Assembly: GCA_973895155.1 (NCBI GenBank)
Contig: OZ316892.1
Location: 30,543,328-30,607,327, forward strand
From: Marsupella aquatica
Taxonomy: Eukaryota > Plantae > Marchantiophyta
Direction of reading: 5' to 3'
DNA: 64,000 bases
The notes beneath the pieces were generated by a model. That model saw nothing but the letters and a program-made list of their open reading frames with translations, was not told the origin of the DNA and ran no database searches. Positions within the stretch are counted from its first letter, which is position 1, and each line of letters opens with the position of its first letter. Below are positions 23,767-36,490 of this stretch, in pieces. The translations under genes were made by a program, and so were the position numbers.

Positions 23767-25346
23767 AAAATCTCATAACCCCCAAACCAGGCTAATCTAA
23801 CACTATAATAGGCAATGCCGCCCATTTTGCCAATTTTGTCCGTTGTCCCGTTACAAATTTGAATTTCAGCGGGGATCAAACTTGACCGTCAGATACAAGC
23901 ATCTGATTTTTTTTGTATCCGTCTGATCTTTTAATACCATCTTCAAACGAGGCAAGCAGGCAGGCGCAATCCCGTGCGAATGCTCCCTCACACTCCTCCC
24001 CTCCGTGCACTCATTATGCCTGGCATCAAGGATGCGAGGGCGCGTGGCATCGAGGGCATCATGAAGGCGAGCCAGCGAGAGGGTTGATGCCTCGTGCATA
24101 GGGCTTCGAGCCCTCCTCGCAATTAATACTCCTCCCCTCCGTGGAGTTCGTGCACTCATTATAGGGCTGCTGATGCCCTCCCCTCACCTGGCCTGGCCTT
24201 GCAGCACTAATTATAGGGCCACGGATACAAAGACCAGACCAGGCACAGGTATCGGCCCTCCTTGCACAGTGCAAACGCACTGGCACAGGGCTCGTGTTTC
24301 ATAACTATCCATAGAAATACAAAATAAAATGCACAAGGGGTTGTAGAATGACATAGTCCTGCTTCCACTCTGCCTTGCATCTCTCCTGCAAAGTAACTAT
24401 GTATTCTGTAGCTTTCTTGTGCGATCCTTAGGTCCATTTTGGTTGGCCCAATAGATAAAATTTTGGGCCAACCTAACAAAATGTTTTGGGATACTTGTGA
24501 AACTAGTTTTGTCTTATAAATTTAACAATATCTAAGTAACCTTCCAGTGTATACCATTTTTTCAAACATTTTAGAATGAAGTGACATAAGCAGAGGAGAA
24601 ATACAGAACGACTTGGAGTTAGAATGAGTTTAATAAGCTTTGTATGTATTTTAAGTTGCAAACAAGGAAAAGTAATTGCTGAATCCTTTACTCTTGCTCG
24701 TAGAAAGAGCTGGTAGGGTGAGTTGTCATGAAATCCAAATAAATGAAAGTTATTGGGGAGAAAAGTGGGGACCCTGGGGCAAAATAAGAACATTGGCCAC
24801 TTTACTAGAATTGAATTATCTAATCTTCGACATGGATGTATTCGAAGATCTGAATACATCCATCAGTCTCGGCCAAAGGCTTCCTGCAAGTCGATGAACT
24901 CGAAGACTCATTGCTTGAAGCTTTCTGCTGGTGGAGGTCGCCATCCGCGCATTTGATCTTTATGCCCTTGATTTTCGTCTCCTGTCACCAATGTGTGTTC
25001 CCTTCCAGTACCCTGTTCACAGCAAGGCAGCTACTGTATGCAAACTCTTCTTTTGATCTAAGGACAATACTCAACTAAGATGTCAAAAGAGGTTTCTACA
25101 TATCAAGCCAACAGCTTGATTTCACGCACCTATAATTTCGACACTCAAAACGAAACTTGCGTGACATTTCGCTTACATGAAATGGTCTTTCAGCCAGAAG
25201 AGGGCTAGGTACAATCCCCAATTGCAGAATCTAAAAAATTAATGTTACAGAATTGCGACACCCAAAACCTGACTGTATCTGCGCTGCCAGTGACTACTGA
25301 TTTGAAGTCACTTTCCAGCCAGCCCAACACAGCTTTCAATCTGGGT

Positions 25347-28300
25347 TCACCAGTAATCACCACAAGAACACATTCCATCTTTAAAATGGTGGAACCGATT
25401 TGCATCCCTCGCAATAATCTCGCGTCCGGTCACCTTAGAGATATACTTGGTTGCTGAGTGGCAATCTGAACACACCCGAAGGTTCTTACTTACACGAATA
25501 GGTTCTCCCCAAGGTAGGTGCATAAGTCCGTAAGCAATAGCCAACTTCTCACTATGAGAGCAAAGGGCTAGCTCTTTATCCTCTTCATTGATATCATGCA
25601 ATACAAGCTGGGTATCCGGAATGTAGCCTTCCGCCTTCAGTTTTTCAGTCAATTTATTCAGCTCAGTATAGATCGCCTCCGCTTCTGGGTGAGATGTATC
25701 CCCCACCACAAATTCATGGATCTTGTCATGAACTTCGATCCAGCTACGTCCTGGCTCCTTCCGAACACCTCTCTCTTGCATCATAATGCGCACAGATGAC
25801 ACCTTCTCCCACTTCCCAGCTGCAGCATAGATATTGGAGAGCAGCACATATGTAGAGGCCTTACCGGGTTCCAACTTGAAAAGCTCGTTAGCGGCCAGTT
25901 CACCCAGCTCCACGTTACCGTAAGTTCTACAAGCCCCAAGCAAGGCTGTCCAAGTTACATCATCTGGTTCGATCGGCATCTCACTGATCAACTGCTTTGC
26001 TTCTTCCACGTGTCCCGCCCGCCCAAGAATATCCACCATGAGGTTATAGTGAAAAACAGTACGCTCGATACCATAATCTTGCGTCATAGCAAAAAAGATT
26101 CTACGGCCATCATCAACAAGGCCTCCATGAGAACAGGCTGACAACACAGCTGTGAATGACGTCTCGGTGGGCTTCACATCGTCTGCATTCATTTGTCTGA
26201 AAAGTTCCAGGGCTTCGTGCCCACATCCATGTTGTGCAAGTCCCCCGATCATTACGTTCCATGTGACTACATTGTGTTTCTCCATTCTGTTAAAAACAAG
26301 TCGGGCGTCATCTATACTGCCACTCTTTGCATACATGTGGACCAGTGCAGTGCCCACACGCAAGTCTGACTCCAGTCCTGCTTCGGCAGCATGGCCATGA
26401 ATCTCCTTCACCCACTCCAAAGCCCCCGCACTTGCAGATGCATTCAGGAGGCTCAGATAAGTGATTGCATCTGGTTTGAAGCCTTCCCGTCTCATTTGGA
26501 GGAATAGTCGATATGCTTCGTGCCCACATCCATGTTGTGCAAGTCCTCCTATCATTACATTCCATGTGATTACATCGCGTTTCTCCATTCTGTTAAAAAC
26601 AAGTCGGGCGTCAGCTATACTGCCACTCTCTGCATACATGTGAACGAGTGCACTACCCACACGCAAATCCGACTCCAGTCCGGCTTTGCTAGCGTGGCCA
26701 TGAACCTCCTTCACCCACTCCAAAGCCCCCGCACTTGCAGATGCATTCAGAATACTCGCATAAGTGAATGCATCTGGTTCAAAGCCTTCCCGTCTCATTT
26801 GGAGAAACAACCGATATGCTTCATGCCCACATCCATGTTGTGCAAGCCCTCCTATCATTACATTCCATGTGATTACATCGCGTTTCTCCATTCTGTTAAA
26901 AACAAGTCGGGCGTCAGCTATACTGCCACTCTCTGCATACATGTGAACGAGTGCACTACCCACACGCAAATCCGACTCCAGTCCGGCTTTGCTAGCGTGG
27001 CCATGAACCTCCTTCACCCACTCCAAAGCCCCCGCACTTGCAGATGCATTCAGAATACTCGCATAAGTGACTGCATCTGGTTCAAAGCCTTCCCGTCTCA
27101 TTTGGAGAAACAACCGATATGCTTCATGCCCACATCCATGTTGTGCAAGCCCTCCTATCATTACATTCCATGTGATTACATCGCGTTTCTCCATTCTGTT
27201 AAAAACAAGTCGGGCGTCAGCTATACTGCCACTCTGTGCATACATGTGAACGAGTGCACCACCCACACGCAAATCCGACTCCAGTCCGGCTTTGCTAGCG
27301 TGGCCATGAACCTCCTTCACCAACTCCAAAGCCCCCGAACTTGCAGATGCCTTCAGCATACTCGCATAAGTGACTGCATCTGGTTCAAAGCCTTCCCGTC
27401 TCATTTGGAGAAACAACCGATATGCTTCATGCCCACATCCATGTTGTGCAAGCCCTCCTATCATTACATTCCATGTGATTACATCGCGTTTCTCCATTCT
27501 GTTAAAAACAAGTCGGGCGTCAGCTATACTGCCACTCTCTGCATACATGTGAACGAGTGCACTACCCACACGCAAATCCGACTCCAGTCCGGCTTTGCTA
27601 GCGTGGCCATGAACCTCCTTCACCCACTCCAAAGCCCCCGCACTTGCAGATGCATTCAGAATACTCGCATAAGTGAATGCATCTGGTTCAAAGCCTTCGC
27701 GTCTCATTTGGAGAAGCAACCGATATGCTTCATGCCCACATCCATGTTGTGCAAGTCCTCCTATCATTACATTCCATGTGATTACATCGCGTTTCTCCAT
27801 TCTGTCAAAGACCAGTCGGGCATCATCTATACTGCCAATCTTCGCATACATGTGAACGAGTGCACTACCCACACGCAAATCCGACTCCAGTCCGGCTTTG
27901 CTAGCGTGGCCATGAACCTCCTTCACCCACTCTAAAGCCCCCGCACTTGCAGATGCATTCAGAATACTCGCATAAGTGAATGCATCTGGTTCAAAGCCTT
28001 CCCGTCTCATTTGGAGAAACAACCGATATGCTTCATGCCCACATCCATGTTGTGCAAGCCCTCCTATCATTACATTCCATGTGATTACATCGCGTTTCTC
28101 CATTCTGTTAAAAACAAGTCGGGCGTCAGCTATACTGCCACTCTCTGCATACATGTGAACGAGTGCACTACCCACACGCAAATCCGACTCCAGTCCGGCT
28201 TTGCTAGCGTGGCCATGAACCTCCTTCACCCACTCCAAAGCCCCCGCACTTGCAGATGCATTCAGAATACTGACATAAGTGAATGCATCTGGTTCAAAGC

Positions 28301-30029
28301 CTTCCCGTCTCATTTGGAGAAACAATCGATATGCTTCATGCCCAGATCCATGTTGTGCAAGCTCTCCTATCATTACATTCCATGTGATTACATCGCGTTT
28401 CTCCATTCTGTTAAAAACAAGTCGGGCGTCAGCTATACTGCCACTCTCTGCATACATGTGAACGAGTGCACTACCCACACGCAAATCCGATTCCAGTCCG
28501 GCTTTGCTAGCGTGGCCATGAACCTCCTTCACCCACTCCAAAGACCCCGCACTTGCAGACGCATTCAGGATGCTCACATAAGTGACTGCGTTTGGTTCGA
28601 AGCCTTCCCGTCGCATCTGGAGAAACAATCGATAAGCTTCATGCCCACTTCCGTGTTGTGCAAGTCCACCGATCATTACAGTCCATGTAACTACATCGCG
28701 TTTCTCCATTCTCTCAAAAACAAGTCGGGCGTCATCTATACTGCCACTCTTTGCATACATGTGGACCAGTGCAGTGCCCACACGCAAGTCTGATTCCAGT
28801 CCCACTTTGCTAGCATGCCCATGAACCTCCCTCACCCACTCCAAAGACCCTGCACTTGCAGACGCGTTCAGAATGCTCACATAAGTGACTGCGTTTGGTT
28901 CGAAGCCTTCCCGTCGCATCTGGAGAAACAATTGATAAGCTTCATGCCCACTTCCGTGTTGTGCAAGTCCACCGATCATTACATTCCAAGTGACTACATC
29001 GCGTTTCTCCATTCTGTCAAAAACCAGTCGGGCGTCACCTATCCTGCCACTCTCTGCATACATGTGAACCAGCGCAGAGCCCACACGCAAATCTGACTCC
29101 AGTCCCGCTTTCCTAGCGTGGCCATGAACGTCCTTCACCCATGCCAAACCCCCATCGCATGCGGATGCATTCAGGATGCTCGTATAGGTGAATGCATTTG
29201 GTTCGAAGCCATCCCGTCTCATTTGGAGGAATAGTCGATATGCTTCCAAACCATCACCACGTTCTGCACATGCTCCAATCATAACATTCCATGTAATGCC
29301 ATTTCGATTAGTCAACTTTTCAAAAACTTTCCTTGCCTTGGTGATGCACCCACATTTAGCGTACATCAGTACGAGAGCAGACCCTACACGCACGTCCGAT
29401 TCAAAGCCGGCATGTCGAATACCCTGATGAATTTCTTTGCCCCAATTGAGAGCTAATGGGCTTGAACATGCATTCAGGATGCTCAGATACGTGATCTCAT
29501 TCGGCTTCACGCCTGCTTGGCGCATTAGATTGAAAATTTCGAGTGCAGATTCAGCATGATCACTCCTAGCGTATCCCGCAATCATGCTGGTCCAAGTAAT
29601 AACACTCTTGTTCTCAATTTGATCAAAAACTCTACGTGCATCCGATAAACCTCCGCATTTGATATACACATTCAAAAGCGTGATTGCCACATATGGATTT
29701 TCGTGAACTCCACTCTCGATGATGCAATCATGAATTTGCTTGGCTCCTGAAAGGTCTTTCTGTTGCAAGCACATTTGCAGAACTTTAACATATGTGTACG
29801 AGTCTATAGCAATGCCTCGCTGTAGACGATCTTTCAACATAGCAATTGTTTGACCCGTGCTACCAGGATGCATATGCCTACTGCCAATCCCTTTTGCAGT
29901 GACTTGAGACCGATCTCTCGTGCAATAACTAACATTAGATGGAAATCTGCAGTGAGTACCCAAATTCGCCCTTGCCTTAACCCACGCTGGGGTTGACCAT
30001 CCATCCACCCAAAGTGCTAGTCTTGTCAA
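25347..30029 (-). CDS. PLS-class PPR-E1-E2-DYW RNA editing factor copy B (11 P-L-S triplets, about 38 PPR motifs)
   Basis: Uninterrupted 1560-aa ORF with 101-aa periodicity, PGRSWIEV, HSEKLA...CSDCH and CSCGDYW. True start uncertain: the track uses TTG, and there is a likely splice acceptor just upstream. Confidence 0.96.
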   Translation of the reverse strand: MTRLALWVDGWSTPAWVKARANLGTHCRFPSNVSYCTRDRSQVTAKGIGSRHMHPGSTGQTIAMLKDRLQRGIAIDSYTYVKVLQMCLQQKDLSGAKQIHDCIIESGVHENPYVAITLLNVYIKCGGLSDARRVFDQIENKSVITWTSMIAGYARSDHAESALEIFNLMRQAGVKPNEITYLSILNACSSPLALNWGKEIHQGIRHAGFESDVRVGSALVLMYAKCGCITKARKVFEKLTNRNGITWNVMIGACAERGDGLEAYRLFLQMRRDGFEPNAFTYTSILNASACDGGLAWVKDVHGHARKAGLESDLRVGSALVHMYAESGRIGDARLVFDRMEKRDVVTWNVMIGGLAQHGSGHEAYQLFLQMRREGFEPNAVTYVSILNASASAGSLEWVREVHGHASKVGLESDLRVGTALVHMYAKSGSIDDARLVFERMEKRDVVTWTVMIGGLAQHGSGHEAYRLFLQMRREGFEPNAVTYVSILNASASAGSLEWVKEVHGHASKAGLESDLRVGSALVHMYAESGSIADARLVFNRMEKRDVITWNVMIGELAQHGSGHEAYRLFLQMRREGFEPDAFTYVSILNASASAGALEWVKEVHGHASKAGLESDLRVGSALVHMYAESGSIADARLVFNRMEKRDVITWNVMIGGLAQHGCGHEAYRLFLQMRREGFEPDAFTYASILNASASAGALEWVKEVHGHASKAGLESDLRVGSALVHMYAKIGSIDDARLVFDRMEKRDVITWNVMIGGLAQHGCGHEAYRLLLQMRREGFEPDAFTYASILNASASAGALEWVKEVHGHASKAGLESDLRVGSALVHMYAESGSIADARLVFNRMEKRDVITWNVMIGGLAQHGCGHEAYRLFLQMRREGFEPDAVTYASMLKASASSGALELVKEVHGHASKAGLESDLRVGGALVHMYAQSGSIADARLVFNRMEKRDVITWNVMIGGLAQHGCGHEAYRLFLQMRREGFEPDAVTYASILNASASAGALEWVKEVHGHASKAGLESDLRVGSALVHMYAESGSIADARLVFNRMEKRDVITWNVMIGGLAQHGCGHEAYRLFLQMRREGFEPDAFTYASILNASASAGALEWVKEVHGHASKAGLESDLRVGSALVHMYAESGSIADARLVFNRMEKRDVITWNVMIGGLAQHGCGHEAYRLFLQMRREGFKPDAITYLSLLNASASAGALEWVKEIHGHAAEAGLESDLRVGTALVHMYAKSGSIDDARLVFNRMEKHNVVTWNVMIGGLAQHGCGHEALELFRQMNADDVKPTETSFTAVLSACSHGGLVDDGRRIFFAMTQDYGIERTVFHYNLMVDILGRAGHVEEAKQLISEMPIEPDDVTWTALLGACRTYGNVELGELAANELFKLEPGKASTYVLLSNIYAAAGKWEKVSSVRIMMQERGVRKEPGRSWIEVHDKIHEFVVGDTSHPEAEAIYTELNKLTEKLKAEGYIPDTQLVLHDINEEDKELALCSHSEKLAIAYGLMHLPWGEPIRVSKNLRVCSDCHSATKYISKVTGREIIARDANRFHHFKDGMCSCGDYW
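26230..29280 (-). repeat. Tandem array of near-identical 303-bp P-L-S coding modules
   Basis: Antisense mini-ORFs recur at exact 303-bp spacing (26461, 26764, 27067, 27370, 27673, 27976, 28279). Confidence 0.97.
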
Positions 30030-33000
30030 CTTCGGATTCAGCTCTGGTGCTCTGGGCTTCCTCTGTCAGCACCACAACCCACGATCAGATCTGCTACCAG
30101 GATAAAATCCAGGAGATTCCACGAGGTGCAATGAATTTGTAGTTATTTCTTGACGACTATGTTTCCAGTGATCTTTCTACAATGAGTGTTCAGAAATGGA
30201 TAGCAGACCGGTAAGCCTCTCGAGTTCTAGGGTGCATTCCTACCTCCGTCCAAAGATGTATTTTCTTGTCTCCCTTGCTCTGCTGTGATCTTTGGTACAG
30301 ATAACTTGCAAAAGTTAAATGACTTCTTTCCAACTGAGAGTAACGGCTATCTGTCAAGAATGCAATGATCTTAGAATAGAATATTGAAATAATTGTGAAA
30401 GGCATATCCAGGTATCAACAAGCTCGTTCCTTCTCCCGTACCCACAGAAAGCACAGAGTCAAGAGCCTATCGAATTGGTACTAAAATACTTCAGCCAGAA
30501 GTCACATGTTATCCTTGGGTTGTGTACAGGACAGACTCTTAGGGCATCTTGACAGGCGTTCATTTGTAAGTTGCCTACACTGTCCTTTCTGCGCTATACA
30601 CAAACCAGAACCTCAGGTTCTGAAAAGAGACTACTTAGAAATAAAGCCTAGCCTTCATCTGTAGAATCCATCGTGATTAGACACAGATGACATGAACGTG
30701 AAAGCGCTTCCCTCCCTCTCCTACAATTCAGAAATAAAAGCTATCCATCATTCTTGAACTTGGCTCTTATACAATCCGTGAAGAGACACATACGACATGA
30801 ATGTAACAGCCTCCCCTCCCCTCCCTCCCACTCCACCCTGTGCTTCTTAACACGAAAAAGGAATCAAACTTGAAGTTCAACTCAAGTCTTGATCACATAA
30901 GCCTCATAGCAGAAAATTCCCGCAACTATAAATGTCACACCGTGGTGCCGGAACAAGAGTTTCTGTTTAAAAGTAGGTACGCATAACGTTGAAATCGCTC
31001 TTCAGTCTCATTACCTGAAGGCCGTGTACAAGAACAATGGCGGATGCCAATCAAACCGGAAGATGAAGGATATACTCTGCAAATCAAACGTCTTTGTTGA
31101 GAATGTATTCAAGGTCGTTTGGTCACATCAAATCCAACAAATGACATGCATACAAAATTAATCATACCTGGCTGAGGACTGTTGCCTAAAGCGGTCCATA
31201 TCCAAAAGTTCCATCGAGTCAGCTCCGTTCCCGTGCCGGGAATACGGAGCTCAATGGTACAGTTTTGAGAAATACGATCTTACCTGTTTGACAAAGGTTC
31301 AAACAGTCTAAGTAGTGCAATCTTGCAGAGCCCTCAAATTTCAAGTCTCATCTTTCCTTCCCATGGACTAAGGAAAGAATATTCATTACGCGAAGGCTCT
31401 GTTGGGGAAACCTTGCCCGGGCAGAGGAATCTCAGCTCAGCGTAACAGTTGGAGGAAGCCCTAGAAGCATAGCAGTAGCGGTATCTTCTCCAGAATCAAT
31501 TCCTCCTGCTGGACTCTTTTACGAATCATCCCAGCTTTGCCATCAAAACTTGAGAATCAAAACTACAAGTTTTGAGAAGAAAAAGTATGAGAAGATCTTC
31601 CATCCAAACCCCAAAGCAACCCACCGTCATACCTGCACATTGCCCTCTGAAAAACTATGGCGCGAGTGCTCTTATTTATCGCCCTCCAAGAAAGAACCCT
31701 TTCCAACTGAAGTGTCCTGCATACCAAACGAAGAATTGACGACATTTCTTCAAAGAAGAACTTGTGAACAAGTGTTATGCAGACCGTGTACGTAGCAATT
31801 GGGCAGGCTCGACAATTCGTTCAGAACAACAAGTTGAAGCAAGTGGCAACAAAATTGATCTAGATTGTGACGGGAAATCAGGAGACGGGCAGCAGGAGAC
31901 GTCATGCAAGAAATGAGCAGGACTTGAACCAGGATGGACAGTATCCCGGGCTGAAAAAGAGATTCTGTCCCGCTTCCTTGGGCGCTCAGAGGTGAGAAGT
32001 ATAGTTGCCCAGCAATCTAAGGTCGAAACGCAGAAGAACATCCAGTACAGCTAGGGCCTTACTAGGAATTCTCTGCCCAAAGGACATGACGAGAGGCCGT
32101 GTAAAAGTGGTAACGCGAACCTAACAGGGATCACTGGATTCGTCAGCATGTACTGTAGCTACGACGCACAGCTCGATACCAACTCCCCGAGACGCAACTA
32201 CTGTAGAGCAATTCAGCAATCCTAAGCCACTACGACAAGTAATTCTTAGCAGATTGTGAATTGTACAAGGATTGTTAGCTCATTGAATTAATTGCTGAAC
32301 CACCATCCAATAATACATTCTTAATCTTGGTTCCTTTTATATTTAAACCATTGCTCCCTTATCAGCTAATATTGTCCTTTCCAACTTATAAGTTGGTGTT
32401 TGTGGTAATTTGTACCATTTTTCCCTTATCAGCTTATTGTCTTTTCCAACTTATAGGTTGGTGTTAGTGGTAATTCCTGCTGATTATCTTCTTCATTTCT
32501 TGTTGTAGTTTACACTCCATGGCCACAAGACTTTAGGGTTTAGGGTCACACGTCCTGATTGCTGTAAAGCCAGGAATCGGGCGTGGCAATTGGATTCCAA
32601 GGATAGCCAGAAAGAGGTGAAACCCATGAGTGAAGTTCCAGGAGAGGCAGAAGGGAGGCAGTCGCCGCATCGCAGCGAGAGGCTCTACGCGATAGTCGTG
32701 CAACGGAGAGGTGGAAGGCAGAGTGGGCAGAGTTGATGCGAGGGGAGTTAGGGAAGAAGGCCGCAGTGCTATCCGGGCTCCCGATGCAGTGACGTTTGAA
32801 GAATGGTGCGAGGATCAATTTACTTTGTATTTTCATGACGGGACTATCATTTTTGGGCACTAGTGGCAAAAAGACCACGAAAAAGACCGCAAAGACTGGG
32901 CATTGCAATCGCTGGGGTGCACAAAAATGTATATGTATAGGGTTTTTTTTAGTAATGTTTAGGGCAATTTTGGACTAGCATTTTTCAAGAAAAAATCCTG

Positions 33001-35149
33001 GCAAAAATTGGTGGACAAGATGCAAAAGTCGGGGAAAACTCCCCCTTTTTTGGTTTATTTGGGCCATTTTTTGGTGTTTTTCCCCCCAAAACCACGTCCC
33101 AAAACTGGTGGACTGCTTCAAAAACAAGTGGCCAAACTCGGAGTGAAAAACCAAAACCCTAAACCCTAAACCCCTAAACTAGTTAGCGTCAATGTCTTAT
33201 CAGGCCGCCCCCACTCAAAGTAGAATCTTAGGATAGGGCTCGCCGTTTTGTAGTCTGACAATTAGATGTAGCTTAGGTTAGACTTGGCGTCGCTGGTCGT
33301 GCCAGGCCCCGGCCCCCAGATAGTATTTAGTGCACCCCCGGTAGAAGCAAAGGGGGGGACTTTAGGTTCAAAACCAGATATCCGCGTGATGTGGGTGGAG
33401 TGTCGGCCTTCTGAATAGAGAGCACCAAGGGGTGGATGTATGACTAATCTTGTCGGGCGCGTGCGGGGCGGGCTCCGTTGTAGTGTACAAACCCCTGCTA
33501 TTGGGCCTGTTGATTCCGTTGAAGTTGAGTCAACCGTGTGCATGTGTATGACGGATTCTGAAGTAAAGTCTTTACCTCACCATTTCCTTCATGTAAATTG
33601 GGATTGTATGTTGTGAGTCAAGTCATGATTTTGCAAGTCCTGTATGCGGGTAGAGACGCTTGGCCAAGTGCATTATGCAAGCGAGGCACGGGGTGCCAGC
33701 GGCGGATAGTGATTGCGGGCCCAGGTTGAAGGCTGTATCATCGGATCCGGATTGGAGGGCGGACAACAAGACGGCTTAGAAGTCCTTAAGTCTGGGTCGA
33801 TCGTAGTTATCGACGTAAGGTATGTACGTTCAGGCGGCGGAACACAAAGTATACCTAGGATAAGCATATACATATAGTTATGCGCTCTGAGCACTAGTTT
33901 AGCTGAATAACCACGGATAGCACATCCCTCCTTGCTTGAATGCTCAATGCTAATGAAGTTTATGTGACCACTAACATGAACCTCGTGTAAGGACTAACAT
34001 TTTGGTGTGACATGTACCATCGGACTCCCAGTGATTTCAGGCTTATAGGGATCAATTTTCTTTGTATTATGGGTCCTTCGTATTTTCATGGCGGCCGGTC
34101 TTTTTTGGGCATTACTAGTAAAAAGACAACGGAAAAAACCACAAAGATTGGGTGCGGGGAGACGGGTTTAGGCTGCACGGAAAGCTATAAGGGGGTCAAT
34201 GGTGCTCAGATTTGATGCGAGGGGAGTTGGAGATCAAGGCCACTGTACTATCCAGGCTTCCAATGATTTCAGGGTTTACAAAATCCTGGGGATCTGTGAT
34301 GCCTAGCTAGGAATCACTAGGCCAGTTAAAGTGGTAACACCAGGAGTGTACCCTGAAAAGACATTAGTATAGTAACAAAACAATGAAAATATAAACAATT
34401 AAGGGTGACTATGGAACCCAAGCCGAGGCCGGAAGTAAGGGCGCCACGACAAGGAGGGCGATTAGGGTTAGGGCGCGCTAAGTACCGGCAGCTACGGGTA
34501 ACCAACGGAAAGATTGACCAGGAAAGGGGGGGTAAGGACCGTTCACAAGGAATGGCGGCTCATTTGCGAGCACTGACCAAGCAGAGGATTGCAAGAAGCC
34601 AACAACTGTCAGCTGAGGAGGAGAACACGAGAGGGGCATAAGCAGCTACCGAGCAAGCCAGAGAAGGGAATGAGCAACATCAATCAAGCATCACATTTTT
34701 GGGGATGCCTATTCAAACAGGCAAGTGAGTATGTTGGGACTTACAAAGAGGAAGAATCAGAAAGAGCAGCCCGCGAGCGACAAGAACTTGCTCGGCTATG
34801 GGAACTACAGAAGACGGCCTTCTTAGGAGGAGAATTCATCAAGGCTGAATTCTTGTGGACACCTACTGGCGATGAGCTTGACGACCTTCTAATTTGAGAA
34901 ACAGGATCGTCGACATTTGGCAAGCCATCAACAACTACAACGACAAACATTGGGACCTGAAAGGCAGCACGGAGGCGTGGATGAAGTCAACCGTGCTCGG
35001 AGAAACATCCACAGGAGCCGCCATGAAGAGGAACGGGCCCAAAAACGAAGAGGCCACCCCCGCGAAGAGAACGAGGTTGGCGGCACCAAGGAAGCCAGCC
35101 GAGCAAGGGAGGAGGAGGCAGGGGGAAGCTGAAGAAGAAAAATGGCTGA

Positions 35150-36490
35150 TACCCATACCAATCAAACTGGGGTATAAAGGATGAACTCTGCAAATCAAAC
35201 GTCTTTGTTGAGAATGCATCCAAGGCCGTTTGATCACATCATAATCCAACAATTGACATGCATACAAAATTAATCATACCTGGATGTGGAGTGTAGCCTA
35301 AAATGGTCCATATCCAAAAATTCCATCAAGTCAGATCCTTTCCGTGTCGGGAAGAGAGAGCTTAATGGTACAGTTGTGAGAAATATGGTCTTACCCTGTT
35401 TGACAAACGTTCAAATCAGTCTAAGTAGTGCAATCTTGCAGAGCCCTCAAATTTCAAATCTTATCTTTCCGTCCCCTTGGACTAAGGAAAGAAAATTCAC
35501 TATGCAAAGGTCTGTTGGGAAAACCTTGCACGGGCAGAGGAATCTCAGCTCAACTTAGCACTTGGACGAACCCCTCAAAGCGTAGCAGTAGCAGTCTCTT
35601 CTCCAGGATCACGTCCTCCTTCATTAAGAATTTACAACTAAGAAGTGTTGTACTCTTCTAAGAATTATTTCAGCTTTGCCATCAAAACTTGAGAATCAAA
35701 ACTACAAGTTTTGAGAGGAAAAAGTATGAGAATTTCAAATCCCAAAGCACCCACATACCTGCACATTGCCCTCTGAAAAAGTTTGCCGAAAGTGCTTTTT
35801 TTATTATCGCCCTCCAAGAAAGTTTGCCGCAAGTGCTCTTGTTTATTATCGCCCTCCAAGAAAAAACCCTTTCCAATGGAACTGTCCTGCATACCAAACA
35901 AAAAATTGACGACATTTCTCCAAAGAAGAACTTGTGAACAAGTGATATTCACATGTAGAGCATGTAAGTTGCAAATTGGGCAGGCTCGACAATTCTTTCA
36001 GAACAAGAAATTGAAGCAAGTGGGAACAAAATTGATCGACGTTGTGATGGGCAATAAAAGAAGCTCATAACCGAAGACATCCTTCAAAGTTTGACATGTC
36101 TGAAAATAGAGGCAAATGCACATATTGCAGGCAGTAGGAGACGTCACCCAAGAATTGAGCAGAAATAGAACCAGGATGGGGAGACGAAACAGTTTCAAGG
36201 GCTGAAACAGAGATTCTGTCCCGCTTCCTTGGGCACTAAGAGTTGAGTAGTATTGTTGCCCAGCACTCAAGGGTTGAAACATAGAAGAACATCAAGTATA
36301 GCTAGGGCCTCCCTAGGAATTCTCTGCCCAAAGGACATCGCGAGAGGTCGTGTAAAATTGGTACCGCGAACCTAACATGGATCATTAGATTTGTCAAAAT
36401 GCAGCTACACACAGCTCCCCGACCAGCAACTAAAGCGACATTAAATAACAAGTTACGATGAGTAATTTGTAGCAGATTGTGAATTCTGCA
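35150..36490 (-). repeat. Diverged fourth copy of the PPR-upstream repeat, with no PPR gene attached
   Basis: Aligns by eye to 31050-32270 (CTCTGCAAATCAAACGTCTTTGTTGAGAATG...AGGAATTCTCTGCCCAAAGGACAT) with clearly more substitutions and an internal duplication (TTATTATCGCCCTCCAAGAAA x2). Confidence 0.85.

Larger units (their letters stand above)
24373..35138 (-). repeat. Arm B of inverted segmental duplication
   Basis: Reverse complement of 305-8988, longer by about seven 303-bp PPR modules. Confidence 0.95.

Noticed and set aside
23801-23810. CACTATAA as a CACTA transposon terminus
   Set aside because: No matching inverted terminus or 3-bp TSD found.
25347-25760. U-to-C (DYW:KP-type) editing domain
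   Set aside because: The PG box PGRSWIEV, HSEKLA and terminal DYW are canonical for the C-to-U type.
26520-29096. Long Cys/His-rich ORFs antisense to PPR genes (471 aa, 260 aa; also 47772-48872)
   Set aside because: Shadow frames of the 303-bp repeat: a module lacking stops on the reverse strand is simply repeated.
26230-29280. Regularly spaced repeats as a CRISPR-like array
   Set aside because: The units are contiguous coding PPR modules with no unique spacers; eukaryotic context, no cas genes.
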